Of a DNA stretch of 24,865 bases, positions 1 to 9,645 are shown in pieces; within the stretch, counting starts at the first letter, position 1, and the number at the start of each line of letters is the position of its first letter. A model generated the notes under the pieces. That model did no database searches and was not told where the DNA came from. It saw only the letters and a list, made by a program, of their open reading frames with translations. This stretch comes from Octopus sinensis (lineage: Eukaryota). The position numbers were made by a program, and so were the translations under genes. The stretch spans positions 1 to 24,865 of the forward strand of contig NW_021836198.1 of the NCBI RefSeq assembly GCF_006345805.1, given 5' to 3'.

Positions 1-105
1 TCTTCTGTTAAAAATGAGTTCTGATTAAATATATTTTAAATTTAATTTGTTTCTTTTAATAATTAACAATTAATTAAAATTTATTTAATTGTTATATACT
101 TTCTG

Positions 106-681
106 ATGGTACACGCTATCAAACGAGAAAAGACAAAAACTGAATTTGAGGTTGAAGCAATTCTTGGAGTGAGAACAAATAAAAAGAAGCAAAAAGAATA
201 TCTTATAAAATGGAAAAATTATTCAATGTTATTTAATAATTTGTTTATATAAATTTAGTGATGATAATACATGGGAACCCATAAGAAATTTGCACTGTTC
301 TGAGCTTATTGATGATTTTGAAAATAAAAATCATAATACCAAAAAACAAAATCCGAATTACCGAAATAAATTAAAATTAAATACTTATAAAATCAACAAA
401 TTGGATAACAATCATCAAAACCGTTTATCTTCTACAAGTGTAAGATTCCAATTCATTTGATATTTCAGAGTTCTGAAATCAATTTGAAACAAATTGATAA
501 GATAACAAATATTACTCGTGAAAATGATAATATATTTGTTTATGTGAAATTGTATTATCTTTATAATATAATTTTAAGACAAAACAGTCGAAAGCAACAA
601 AAGATTCCATTAGAGTCTTTACGAGACACGTGTCCAGTCATATTGATTAATTTTTTGATCAGTCGAATCAATTTTAATTAG
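106..681 (+). CDS. HP1: HP1-like heterochromatin protein (chromodomain + chromoshadow), copy 1, type A, intact; exons 106-227, 259-439, 469-551, 579-681; 162 aa
   Basis: The spliced translation is [61 protein letters not shown]...QIDKITNITRENDNIFVYVKLQNSRKQQKIPLESLRDTCPVILINFLISRINFN*. It has the chromodomain motifs EFEVE.I, YLIKWK.Y and NTWEP..NL.C..LI..F with aromatic cage F14/W36/Y39. The C-terminus aligns gap-free to the HP1 chromoshadow pattern (K..NS......P.......CP...I.F...R) once intron 3 is removed. Confidence 0.9.
228..258 (+). other. 31-nt spliceosomal intron 1 of HP1 copy 1
   Basis: GTTATT...TTTAG. Read-through hits TAA; removal gives the canonical [13 protein letters not shown] spacing. 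Confidence 0.9.
440..468 (+). other. 29-nt intron 2 of HP1 copy 1
   Basis: GTAAGA...TTTCAG, phase 0. It joins the hinge to the chromoshadow frame. Length and splice sites are kept in type B copies despite internal substitutions. Confidence 0.85.
552..578 (+). other. 27-nt intron 3 of HP1 copy 1
   Basis: GTATTA...TTAAG. It is in-frame here but contains an in-frame TAA in type B copies; removal restores the chromoshadow register. Confidence 0.85.
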
Positions 682-800
682 ATGTAATTTGAAATTTTTT
701 TGCCTAATGAATAATGTTTTCACATCTTAATAATAAAATGGTATGGTGTGTGTCTGTCTGTCTGTCTGTGTGTGCACACCAACTTCAAATTGGCAATACG

Positions 801-1692
801 ATGTCCTCGACTTACATGATGAGGTCCTTAAAACCTTCCCCCCCAAAAAAATTAAAAAAAAATTTTCTGCATTTTGGTTAAAATGAACAACTACAATGTC
901 CTCGACTTACATGATGAAGTCCTTAAAACCTTCCCCCCCAAAAAAATTAAAAAAAAATTTTCTGCATTTTGGTTAAAATGAACAACTACAATGTCCTCGA
1001 CTTACATGATGAAGTCCTTAAAACCTTCCCCCCAAAAAAATTAAAAAAAATTTTCTGCATTTTGGTTAAAATGAACAACTACAATGTCCTCGACTTACAT
1101 GATGAAGTCCTTAAAACCTTCCCCCCCCCCCAAAAAAAATTAAAAAAAATTTTCTGCATTTTGGTTAAAATGAACAACTACAATGTCCTCGACTTACATG
1201 ATGAAGTCCTTAAAACCTTCCCCCCCAAAAAATTAAAAAAAAATTTTCTGCATTTTGGTTAAAATGAACAACTACAATGTCCTCGACTTACATGATGAAG
1301 TCCTTAAAACCTTCCCCCCAAAAAAAATTAAAAAAAAATTTTCTGCATTTTGGTTAAAATGAACAACTACAATGTCCTCTTACAATGATGAAGTCCTTAA
1401 AACCTTCCCCCCCAAAAAAATTAAAAAAAAATTTTCTGCATTTTGGTTAAAATGAACAACTACAATGTCCTCGACTTACATGATGAAGTCCTTAAAACCT
1501 TCCCCCCCAAAAAAATTAAAAAAAAATTTTCTGCATTTTGGTTAAAATGAACAACTACAATGTCCTCGACTTAGATGATGAAGTCCTTAAAACCTTTCCC
1601 CCAAAAAATCAAAAATTATTTTCTGCATTTTGATTAAAATGAACAACGCGAATGTCCTCGACATTCATGATGAGGTCCATTAAAACCTTCAA
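801..1692 (+). repeat. Homogeneous minisatellite, ~93-99 bp unit, ~9.5 copies, inside the Helitron
   Basis: Repeated AAAATGAACAACTACAATGTCCTCGACTTACATGATGAAGTCCTTAAAACCTTCCCCCC-A-rich-TTTTCTGCATTTTGGTT. Units differ mainly in homopolymer length, with divergent units at the edges. Confidence 0.95.
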
Positions 1693-1900
1693 GGCAAAAA
1701 TCTCACGTATTAAGAATATCCTTGATGAAAACGACAGCGAGAATATTAACAATGATGAACTCCCAATTATTCGCGATAAAGAAATTCAATTCATCCTATG
1801 TTTTTCTCTTTAAAATTAAATGCATATATCATTATCGACCATGAATCAAAATTAAAGCTATTATCATATTGACTTTGACAGAATGTGCAATCACAGATTG

Positions 1901-2103
1901 CACGACTTTGAATAGAGTGTGCAATTAACAGATTTTGAAAAACCACTTTGATAGTTGAAACCACATTAGCACAATCATTAACACAATTTACCACCAATTG
2001 ACGCACGACCTTGAATAGAGTGTGCAATTAACAGATTTTGAAAAACACTTTGATAGTTGAAACCACATTAGCACAACCATTAACACAATTTACCACCAAT
2101 TGA
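1901..2103 (+). repeat. Two-copy ~103-bp direct tandem repeat inside the Helitron
   Basis: CACGAC(T/C)TTGAATAGAGTGTGCAATTAACAG...CACCAATTGAC at 1901 and 2004. Confidence 0.9.
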
Positions 2104-2487
2104 CAGCGCAATCAGAAGAATTTGCGTAAAAATATTAACTATTTACTTGAGTTTTTCGTAAGATAGAATTTATTTTCGGTATGCCTCTTTTCCTAAACTT
2201 TTTTATTATTCAAAAATAATTGTTTAAATAGATAACCGAAGGAGGAAAAACGAAGCTGAAGAAAAAACGGTCAGCTTAATAAGGTAATTAATTAAATCTT
2301 TTTTGTGTGTCGCTTTTTTGTGTGTCGCTTTCTTGCTTTCTGCCGCCGCATTCCGCCTGCCGCATCTCCCCCTGCCCCATTTCCGCCAGTAAAAAAAAAA
2401 AAAAAAAAGAGAAAAAAAAGGAAATTACAAAGGAAAAATGAAAAATTAAATATAAAAAAAAATAAACCACAAAAAATGAAAAAAAAG

Positions 2488-2674
2488 TTTGCAATGACAA
2501 TAAACAAGGCCCAGGGACAGTCATTAAAGGTAGTTGGGTTTTTTAGAGAGTGAGTGCTTTTCACATGGACAGCTGTATGTGGGATGCTCGAGGGTAGGCA
2601 GAAGAGAAAATTTATTCATATATGCCAAGGAAGGACGGACGACAAACATCGTTTATCAACAGGCGATAGAATAG
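2488..2674 (+). pseudogene. Helitron RepHel PIF1-like helicase C-terminal fragment (frameshifted)
   Basis: FAMTINKAQGQSLKVVG, then after a frameshift ECFSHGQLYVGCSRVGRRENLFIYAKEGRTTNIVYQQAIE*. These are the terminal helicase motifs and the typical Helitron C-terminus. Confidence 0.9.
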
Positions 2675-2915
2675 GGTTACATTAAACCAGGTAGTTTTAT
2701 ACATCTACATAAACTTATAGTTGTTTGATGAAACAGGCCCTCCGCAGGAGCTAGGTCGCGGTGAGCGAAGCGAGCTGCCGAGCTAGTTTAATCATAAAAT
2801 ATTAATCTTTCTAACGTGTACTTAATCAACTCGATGTTTACATGACCCCATTTTCGAATAGATGATTCGACATAATCTCTGAGGAATACTAAAGATTGTA
2901 AAAGTAAAGTCACCT

Positions 2916-3766
2916 GACTAACATGATAAGTTGCTTTAACCTTCTGTAAAATAAATTTAAAAATAATTTTCTGGATTTTGGTTATAATGAACAACAACAT
3001 GTCTACGACTAACATGATGCGTTTCTTTAGACCTTCCCGCCATAAAAATTGAAAAAATAATTTCTGGATTTTGGTTAAAATGAACAACAAGCCTGTCCTC
3101 GACTAACATAATGTATTTCTTTAAACCCTTCCGCCAAAAGAAATGAAAAAAATTTTCTGGATTAAGCTTAAAATGAACAACAAGCATGTCCCCGACTAAC
3201 ATGATGAGTTTGTTTAAACCTTCCCGCCAAAAAAAATGAAAAAATATTTTCTGGATTTTGGTTAAAATGAACAACAAGCATGTCCCCGACTAACATAATG
3301 TATTTCTTTAAACCCTTCCGCCCAAAAAAATGAAAAAAAATTTTCTGGATTAAGATTAAAATAAACAACAAGCATGTCCCCGACTAACATGATATATTCC
3401 CTTAAACCTCCCCGATAAAAATGAAAAAATAATTTTCTTCATTTTGTTTAAAATGGACAACAGCCATGTCCCCGACTTTCATGATGAGGTCTCTAAAACT
3501 TTCTCGCTAAAAAATTAAAAATAATTTTCTAGATTTTGGTTAAAATGAACAAGTATTTGTGCGATTAACATGATAAGTTCCTTTAAACCTTCTGCCAAAT
3601 AAATTAAAAAAATAATTTTCTGGATTTTGATTAAAATGAACAACAACATGTCCCTGACTAACATGATAAGTTCTTTTAACCTTCTGTAAAATAAATTTAA
3701 AAATAATTTTTTGAATTTTGGTTATAATGAACAACAACATGTCCACGACTAGCATGATGAGTTCCT
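2916..3766 (+). repeat. Diverged array of the same ~93-bp minisatellite family, outside the young Helitron
   Basis: Units such as TTTTCTGGATTTTGGTTAAAATGAACAACAAGCATGTCCCCGACTAACATGAT...AAACCTTCCCGCC are homologous to 801-1692 but heterogeneous. Confidence 0.9.
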
Positions 3767-3769
3767 GTC

Positions 3770-3955
3770 TTAAAAGTAAAGAATCTCAGGCCAGTAATTC
3801 GAATGAACAGCATACAGAAAGTACTGGCTATTATTAGTCTACAAGGAATAAAGCCTCGTGCGGAACTATTTATATCCACTTTCTATAGCGGTTTTGTAAG
3901 GGAAGATTCACCTATGACATTGCTTGGAGTCATAGATGGAGATGTTCCACTATTC
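3770..3955 (+). mobile_element. RTE-like non-LTR retrotransposon RT fragment
   Basis: KNLRPVIRMNSIQKVLAII...SGF, then frameshifted RKGRFTYDIAWSHRW; homologous to the RT fragment at 17700-17800. Confidence 0.7.
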
Positions 3956-3974
3956 AAAAGTTCAAAAATGTGAC

Positions 3975-4490
3975 AAACATTCAATTTCTCTCTATCTTAG
4001 TCGACGTCCGTAATGGGTCAATATTGTCCCCGTTCATTAAATTTTTTCCCACACTCCGTAGGTTTCTGTCAGATAACCTGGATAGTATTTTATTGGCGTT
4101 CACGGAAACGGTGGCCGTCAGTTACGAAATAGTCTTTCATTGCTGTGTTTGGAGGTGGCTTTAAATCCATCCTTAGGTTGTGTCCGAATAGCCTCCTGCT
4201 GTATGCAGTAATTTCAAGAGAGATTGGTTTGCTTAATGCTCTGGCATAAACTGTTTTACTGCTGAGCGTCGAATGCCATTTAGAACTTGGAGTATGTCGA
4301 AGTTGCTCTCTATGAAAGGAATTTAGATTCAATTTTTCCCTATCAGAAAGCCCCCGTGTTCCGGCATTATAAATGAGGATAGTTTTCACCCGTATATTGT
4401 ATAAACGTATCCGTTTTTCTGTACTGAGTCGTTTGCGCTTTAGCCAATTTTCCGTTAGGCTGCGCAGTGCGCTATTTGCATGTGAAGTGT
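3975..4490 (-). mobile_element. RTE-like retrotransposon 3' (RT thumb/C-terminal) fragment
   Basis: ANSALRSLTENWLKRKRLSTEKRIRLYNIRVKTILIYNAG...LNSFHREQLR...RRLFGHNLRM...P matches the RTE C-terminal pattern. Confidence 0.8.
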
Positions 4491-5199
4491 CTTTCTGGAC
4501 TTTAGAAGTTTAAAAAGCATCAGTCTATACAACCAGTACATCGTGCCTTATTGAGAAATTGTTATTTTAAATCGAATTATTTTTGTCTAAAAATATCCGA
4601 AAATTTTTCAAACTATTTTTAGAATAAATAAATAATTTTCATCTCACGTCAATACATTTGTAAACGCGACCTTTCAAGACGAAAAAGCTCCAATTCCAGT
4701 AACCCAAATATTGAATACAACAGATCTAATAAAAAGGAAGAAGTACAATATCTTTACTCATGATAAAAAAATACAACCAAACTCAGCGAAAATAAAGTAA
4801 TTTTGTTAAAACATGTCAGAATGGACAAAATGGTAAAAAAATTATTTTTGAAAATAGAATAATTTTTAATACTAACTTGTTCTAAATTGTTTAAAAAGTT
4901 TTAAAAAAAGAATAATTTTTTGACAGTCCCAAAGCAGAAACGACCTTGGTTACCGTCTCAATCAAAAACCTTCAACTAATTATCATTCTCAGGTTGTACC
5001 CTTAAACTGTATGTGTAATTTATTTACATTCTGGAGCCTAACTAAAAACGAACAAACAAAATATGATTTAGTAGGTCATGGAACGGCTATCTTTTTTAAT
5101 TTGACATGTTTTATAATGATGATTACTATTTTTGATAGTTTTTATAACTTTTATAATGAAATTTTGTATTCTTTTAACCTATTTTTTATTAATGATTTT

Positions 5200-5430
5200 C
5201 ATGAATTTCAACTAAATATCATTAAAACTGCACTTTAATTGAAAAATCAAAAATTTTGTGGAAAGACTCAAATTGCTGATTTTACTAAAAAGTACAGTTT
5301 GGAATATTATTATACGATGGAAACAAAACGGAACTATCATTAATCGACCAAGATTAGGTGCTCCAAAAAAATAACACGACATTCTTGCTCATTAATGAAA
5401 AAAATGGTAGTTACAAAAAAAGTATTTCCT
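5200..5430 (+). mobile_element. Degenerate Tc1-like transposase N-terminal HTH remnant (part of the amplified HP1 cassette)
   Basis: With frameshifts it reads GKTQIADF..STVWNIIIRWKQNGTIINRPRLGAPKKIT, which fits the Tc1 pattern TV..I..RW...G....RPR.GRP.K.T. Confidence 0.7.
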
Positions 5431-5726
5431 GAAAAGAAATTTATATTCAAGATTGGCTGAGGATGGTAGTTTTTATTCTTGTCACCAATTTTTCCATTTT
5501 TCCTTTTTCTCACAGAATAAACGGCATTACTCTTTGGGAACACTTTACCTATTCTATATGTTCTGTACATGAAGCATGATATACAAAAAATACCGTTAAA
5601 ATTTAGCATTTTAATAATTTTTCTTCTGTTAAAAATGAGTTCTGATTAAATATATTTTAAATTTAATTTGTTTCTTTTAATAATTAACAATTAATTAAAA
5701 TTTATTTAATTGTTATATACTTTCTG

Positions 5727-6302
5727 ATGGTACACGCTATCAAACGAGAAAAGACAAAAACTGAATTTGAGGTTGAAGCAATTCTTGGAGTGAGAACAAA
5801 TAAAAAGAAGCAAAAAGAATATCTTATAAAATGGAAAAATTATTCAATGTTATTTAATAATTTGTTTATATAAATTTAGTGATGATAATACATGGGAACC
5901 CATAAAAAATTTGCACTGTTCTGAGCTTATTGATGATTTTGAAAATAAAATCATAATACCAAAAAACAAAATCCGAATTACCACCGAAATAAATTAAAAT
6001 TAATACTTATAAAATCAACAAATTGGATAACATCATCAAAACCGTTTATCTTCTACAAGTGTAAGATTCCAATTCATTTGATATTTCAGAGTTCTGAAAT
6101 CAATTTGAAACAAATTGATAAGATAACAAATATTACTCGTGAAAATGATAATATATTTGTTAATGTGAAATTGTATTATCTTTATAATATAATTTTAAGA
6201 CAAAACAGTCGAAAGCAACAAAAGATTCCATTAGAGTCTTTACGAGACACGTGTCCAGTCATATTGATTAATTTTTTGATCAGTCGAATCAATTTTAATT
6301 AG
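5727..6302 (+). pseudogene. HP1: HP1-like copy 2 (type A); exon 2 has three 1-bp deletions and a 3-bp insertion
   Basis: Near-identical to copy 1. The indels are mostly single A losses and give an internal stop as written; they could be sequencing error. Confidence 0.75.
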
Positions 6303-6540
6303 ATGTAATTTGAAATTTTTTTGCCTAATGAATAATGTTTTCACATTTAATCATAAAATATTAATCTTTCTAACGTGTACTTAATCAACTAGATGTTTAC
6401 ATGACCCCATCTGGAACAGACTATTGATACATTCTCTGACGGATGTTAAAGATTGTAGAAGCAATATCAATGTTTTTCTTTATATTATTTCTAATTCATT
6501 GACAAATATAAATTTCGTTGTCTAGTTTTTATTTTATTAC

Positions 6541-6687
6541 TCTGGAACTGCTTGATTCTATTCTCAACTGGTACATACAGTAGAAGATGTAGTAATAGAA
6601 GATGCCCATATAGAAAATCTCTATAAATCACTTCCGACTAGGATTATCGATGTTGTAAATAATAAAGAAGGTGGAGTTAATTACTAA
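6541..6687 (+). mobile_element. Tc1-like transposase C-terminal remnant
   Basis: ELLDSILNWY..., then IENLYKSLPTRIIDVVNNKEGGVNY*, matching the Tc1 C-terminal pattern (W..I...I.NL..S.P.R...V....GG...Y). Confidence 0.75.
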
Positions 6688-6747
6688 TTATTTTTTTAAT
6701 AAGATATTTTCATTGAATAAAGTGGTTTTTTTGATGCTGTTAATCAC

Positions 6748-6767
6748 TGGTCCGGAACATATGCACG
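6748..6767 (+). mobile_element. Truncated Tc1 right terminal inverted repeat
   Basis: TGGTCCGGAACATATGCACG is 19/20 identical to the complete end at 8161-8180 and lies 60 bp after the transposase stop. Confidence 0.6.
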
Positions 6768-6839
6768 GGTCAAAATTTACTGATTGCTAAAAATTCAATA
6801 TTGTAAAATTTTATGGAAAAAGAAAAACCATAAAAGTTA

Positions 6840-8080
6840 TTTATTTTTTTTTAGACAACGAAAATCGTTAAGTCCCAGCGGCGAGGACGCAGTGTGCGTT
6901 GCCCAGAACAATGGCCAGGCCGATGCGCTGGCGGAACCAGAGGCCCTCTCTCGTGTCCTTGAGCCTCCTGCCAATGGACTGCCCGACCTCGTTGAGGAAC
7001 GAGTCAGTCTCCTTTCCCGCAGCTCCAGCGGTCTCCAGGGCGATTGCCGTAACGCGGTAGCGGTCCGCGAGCGAAGAATATTTTTGTATTTTGATCTTTT
7101 CGGCGTGGTTTGCAGCCGAACAAGGGTTTGCGGCGGAAGAATGGATCCTCGATTTTGAAAAGGTATCCACAACGGTAACATCCCATACGAGGGCCTTCCC
7201 CGACGAGTACGGGAATATTGTCATCCCGTCAGGCCTTTTGCCATCTCCCCGATCGAGTCCGACCGATTCGAGGAGGCACGAATGGCCCGCCGATTCGAGA
7301 CCGGCCTTCACGATTTCATTGAGCCTGTGTCTGTGTCTGTGTTCCTGCCTGCGCTCCTCTTGCAGGAAAGTAAGTGCAGTCCCTTTCGTCAACGTCCTCA
7401 CCGCATCTGCAGCGGTGTTTTGCACAAACATCCAGGCCGAGACGGTGAGCCACTCCGATGCGTATGGCAGCATCGTCTAGCCACGTCCCGATGCTGGAAA
7501 GAGGAAGAGCATTCAGCCAGCTGGCAGAGTGAGGGGCGGATGCCGCACGAAGGCATGCCAGGCGGTGTTGGTCAAGGGTTGCCGAGAGCTCAGACACACG
7601 CGCTTGGCATGCGATAGAGTCCCAGGCACGTTGGGAGGAGAAATCTTCGGGCCTCTCAGAAAAGGAGCGATCCCAGGTAGTAAGCCCATCCGAAAAAGCA
7701 CCGTCCAGGCAAGATCCGAAAGATTTGAGTAGGATCTCAGAGGCCAGGTTGTTGTACATCGAAAGGGAGGATAGATATGCCAGAAGTGCCAAATCGGATG
7801 CAGTGCGGATTCCCGCACCTCCGAATCTCAGTAGGAACGAGCATTGGGCCCATCCCGGGCCATCGAGGTGGACATTGAGGACGGATTCAGCAGTCTTTTT
7901 CAGGATTGCGTCGTATTTGGCGAGTAGGTCCATATGCAGGAAGCAGGGATTGCTCCTGAGGGTGAAAATGAGTTTCGGCAGATGAATGCTGTTCTTCAGG
8001 AGGAAAAAGGCAGTGTGCGAGTCTAAGATAGATAGGTTTGTTGAAAGTCTTTGGAAGTATTCGGTTTTGGCAGAATTCAT
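6840..8080 (-). mobile_element. 5'-truncated CRE-like non-LTR retrotransposon (post-RT region, CCHC knuckle, RLE endonuclease)
   Basis: ORFs 7316-8080 and 6868-7473 join across frameshifts: GGAGIR, WL.ALP, CRCGEDVD..GLHLLSC, RH..LNE, KRPDGMTIFPY..GKALVWDVTVVDT, KYSSL, IALET.G. GC-rich, with an A-rich tail near 6842-6852. Confidence 0.88.
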
Positions 8081-8157
8081 TTATTCATTTAATAATAAAA
8101 TTTGTCTAAGAAAGTCAAGCCGTAGCTGCCAAATATATATAGAATTGAAAAATAATT

Positions 8158-8188
8158 GGGTGGTCCGGAACATTTGCACGCTACTGTA
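8158..8188 (+). mobile_element. Tc1/mariner terminal inverted repeat with flanking TA
   Basis: The reverse complement reads TA-CAGTAGCGTGCAAATGTTCCGGACCACCC, a typical Tc1-type CAGT...GCAAA start after a TA target. Confidence 0.65.
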
Positions 8189-8289
8189 GTTGGAAATTTA
8201 GTGGAGATGTCAGAAGGCACGATTAAATGACGACATTTGCTCCAAATGGGGGAAGTGTCTGGGTTCAAAAATTATCTGTTTATTTTTTT

Positions 8290-9480
8290 TCTACATTTGG
8301 CATCTTCAAGGGCAAGGCCCGTCAGGTTCCAGAATTGAAGGGATACCAGCTCTTTTCAGAGCTTTGTGAATTAGATTGTTAATTTCAGTGTTCCGAGGAA
8401 ATCTAACGGCACTCATTCGACAAGACTGAGGATGTAGCCCAAAGACGTCAACTTTATCCCCACAACGACAGTGGTGGGGTCTGCAGACAGGGCGGAGAAG
8501 GGAATAAATTCAGCCCAAAGCCTGAGTATGGCTGACAGGCGGAACGGAAACAAGCCAGTCTGTGTTGGTCGAGGAGTGGTTCTAGGTCAGTTGAAGATCG
8601 ACGGAAAAAAATTTTGTCCCTGTCTCGCTGAGAAAAGACATCGGAAGGGACTTCAGAAAAATGCGTCTCCAAAGAGCGAGAGCCGAATCAATATCAGAGT
8701 CCAACGATGATTAAGTAGTTTTTTCCAGAATTTTTTGGACAAGAAGATATGATCCAGATGTCGAAGAAAGAAAGGCAAGAAGGGCCAAATCAATACTTGA
8801 ACGGAAGCCCAGACCCCCGTGACTCACAGGAAGTTTAGCCTGACACCAGGTAATATCGTCGAAATACACATTGAGAATTTTCTTTCCATACCTCCGAACC
8901 AAAGAATCATAAGATTCCTGCTTTTGCGTGGCATAAAAACAAGGTGAGGTCCTCAGGATATTAACGATTTTTGGGATCAAAAGATAGTTCTTGAGGATTT
9001 AGTATGAAGGATGAGAATCAATGGCAGAAGGTTTTTCAGATTCTATAAATTTTTTTTGGCAGGGAGAATTCGTGAAGCTGAGTCGGCGAGAATTGGTGAC
9101 CCCAGAATTTTCAAATCATACAGGGGTGTCTCTTTCAACTCAGAAGGAATCCGCAAAAAAAGAGAAGGAGTTCTTAAACAAGGATGGCTCAACAGAGAGA
9201 TTGACAATATCGGTTTTGCTGGAATTAATAACCAGACCAATGTCGGATAAAGCCGGAATTAGACTGGCTAAGTCCTTTAGCAAAACATCAGGCCGACCGC
9301 CCAGGGTACAATCGTCGAGATACCAAAGATTAAGGGGTGATTTATTAACCCGGGCAATGGCATCCACGGCAAGAGCGAACGATAATGGTCCTAAAGGATC
9401 ACCCTGTTGGACGCCACAGGACGAAGAAATGAAAGAACCACCAGCGATTAAAAGTGATGGAAGCCAGTACAAATCAATTT
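8290..9480 (-). mobile_element. Second, diverged CRE-like retrotransposon (RT core to zinc knuckle, degenerate)
   Basis: GVQQGDPLGPLSF, NLWYLDD, KILGSPI, AKLPVSHGGLGFR, CGDKVDVFGLHPQSC..RFPRNTEINNLIHKALKRAGIPSILEP; several frameshifts and internal deletions. Confidence 0.88.
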
Positions 9481-9481
9481 G

Positions 9482-9645
9482 ATGGTACGTGAAATCAAAC
9501 AAAAAAATACAAAAACTGAATTTAAGGTTGAAGCGATTCATGGAGTGAGGATAAATAGAAAGAAAAAAAAAGAATATCTTATAAAATGAAAGAATTATTC
9601 ACTGTTATTTGATAATTTGTTTATATAAATTTAGTGATGATAATA
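9482..9645 (+). pseudogene. HP1: HP1-like copy 3 (B-related): exon 1, intron 1 and 11 nt of exon 2 only; Trp36 changed to TGA
   Basis: MVREIKQKNTKTEFKVEAIHGVRINRKKKKEYLIK*; homology ends at GATGATAATA|TGTCGC. Confidence 0.85.

Larger units (their letters stand above)
725..2786 (+). mobile_element. Non-autonomous (internally deleted) Helitron
   Basis: Starts TC(TTAATAATAAAA...GTGTGTCTGTCTGTCTG) and ends CTAG after a GC-rich segment with imperfect hairpin potential. Inserted at A|T with no TSD: the empty site TCACA|TTTAATCATAAAAT is visible at 6341-6360 and inverted near 19645. Carries the RepHel helicase C-terminus. Confidence 0.9.

Noticed and set aside
457-681. 74-aa standalone ORF MIFQSSEIN... 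in the ORF track
   Set aside because: It is exons 3-4 of HP1 read through intron 3, starting at a non-ATG codon inside intron 2.
969-1262. ORF of 31-33 aa tandem peptides (MNNYNVLDLHDEVLKTFPP...) and similar ORFs at 2788-3755 and 19303-19500
   Set aside because: These are translations of the minisatellite. Unit length varies by 1-bp homopolymer steps, so no frame is preserved.
801-1692. Each minisatellite unit read on the minus strand contains GTAAGT...TTTAAC...GCAG, a 44-nt intron-like module
   Set aside because: The would-be exons are homopolymer-rich, not a constant multiple of 3, and contain stops. The real introns here are shorter with weaker donors. Probably chance, though RNA-seq could test it.
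2288-2487. Low-complexity ORFs (2288-2564, both strands) rich in F/K
   Set aside because: Homopolymer-rich stretch directly before the helicase motif; it looks like garbled or decayed Helitron sequence, possibly a base-calling failure.
801-3766. CRISPR-like repeat array
   Set aside because: There are no unique spacers and no cas genes, and the context is eukaryotic; these are head-to-tail tandem units.
3770-4490. Twin-priming 5' inversion of one RTE insertion
   Set aside because: The two fragments are tail-to-tail, with the plus fragment beyond the 3' end of the minus one; this is the wrong geometry.
5340-5609. Minus-strand 76-89 aa ORF open in three cassette copies (also 21225-21455 and 23595-23849), as a divergent gene
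   Set aside because: It overlaps the antisense of the Tc1 remnant, the changes between copies are mostly non-synonymous, and no motif is recognisable.
7004-7985. Overlapping alternative-frame ORFs across the GC-rich CRE element (and 9011-9482)
   Set aside because: Shadow ORFs of GC-rich coding DNA with no motifs.
6748-8188. Shared 20-mer ~100 bp beyond the 3' ends of both CRE elements, first read as a site-specific CRE target or an snRNA
   Set aside because: Better explained as Tc1 terminal repeats (TA-CAGT start, adjacent transposase C-terminus). There is no convincing snRNA match.
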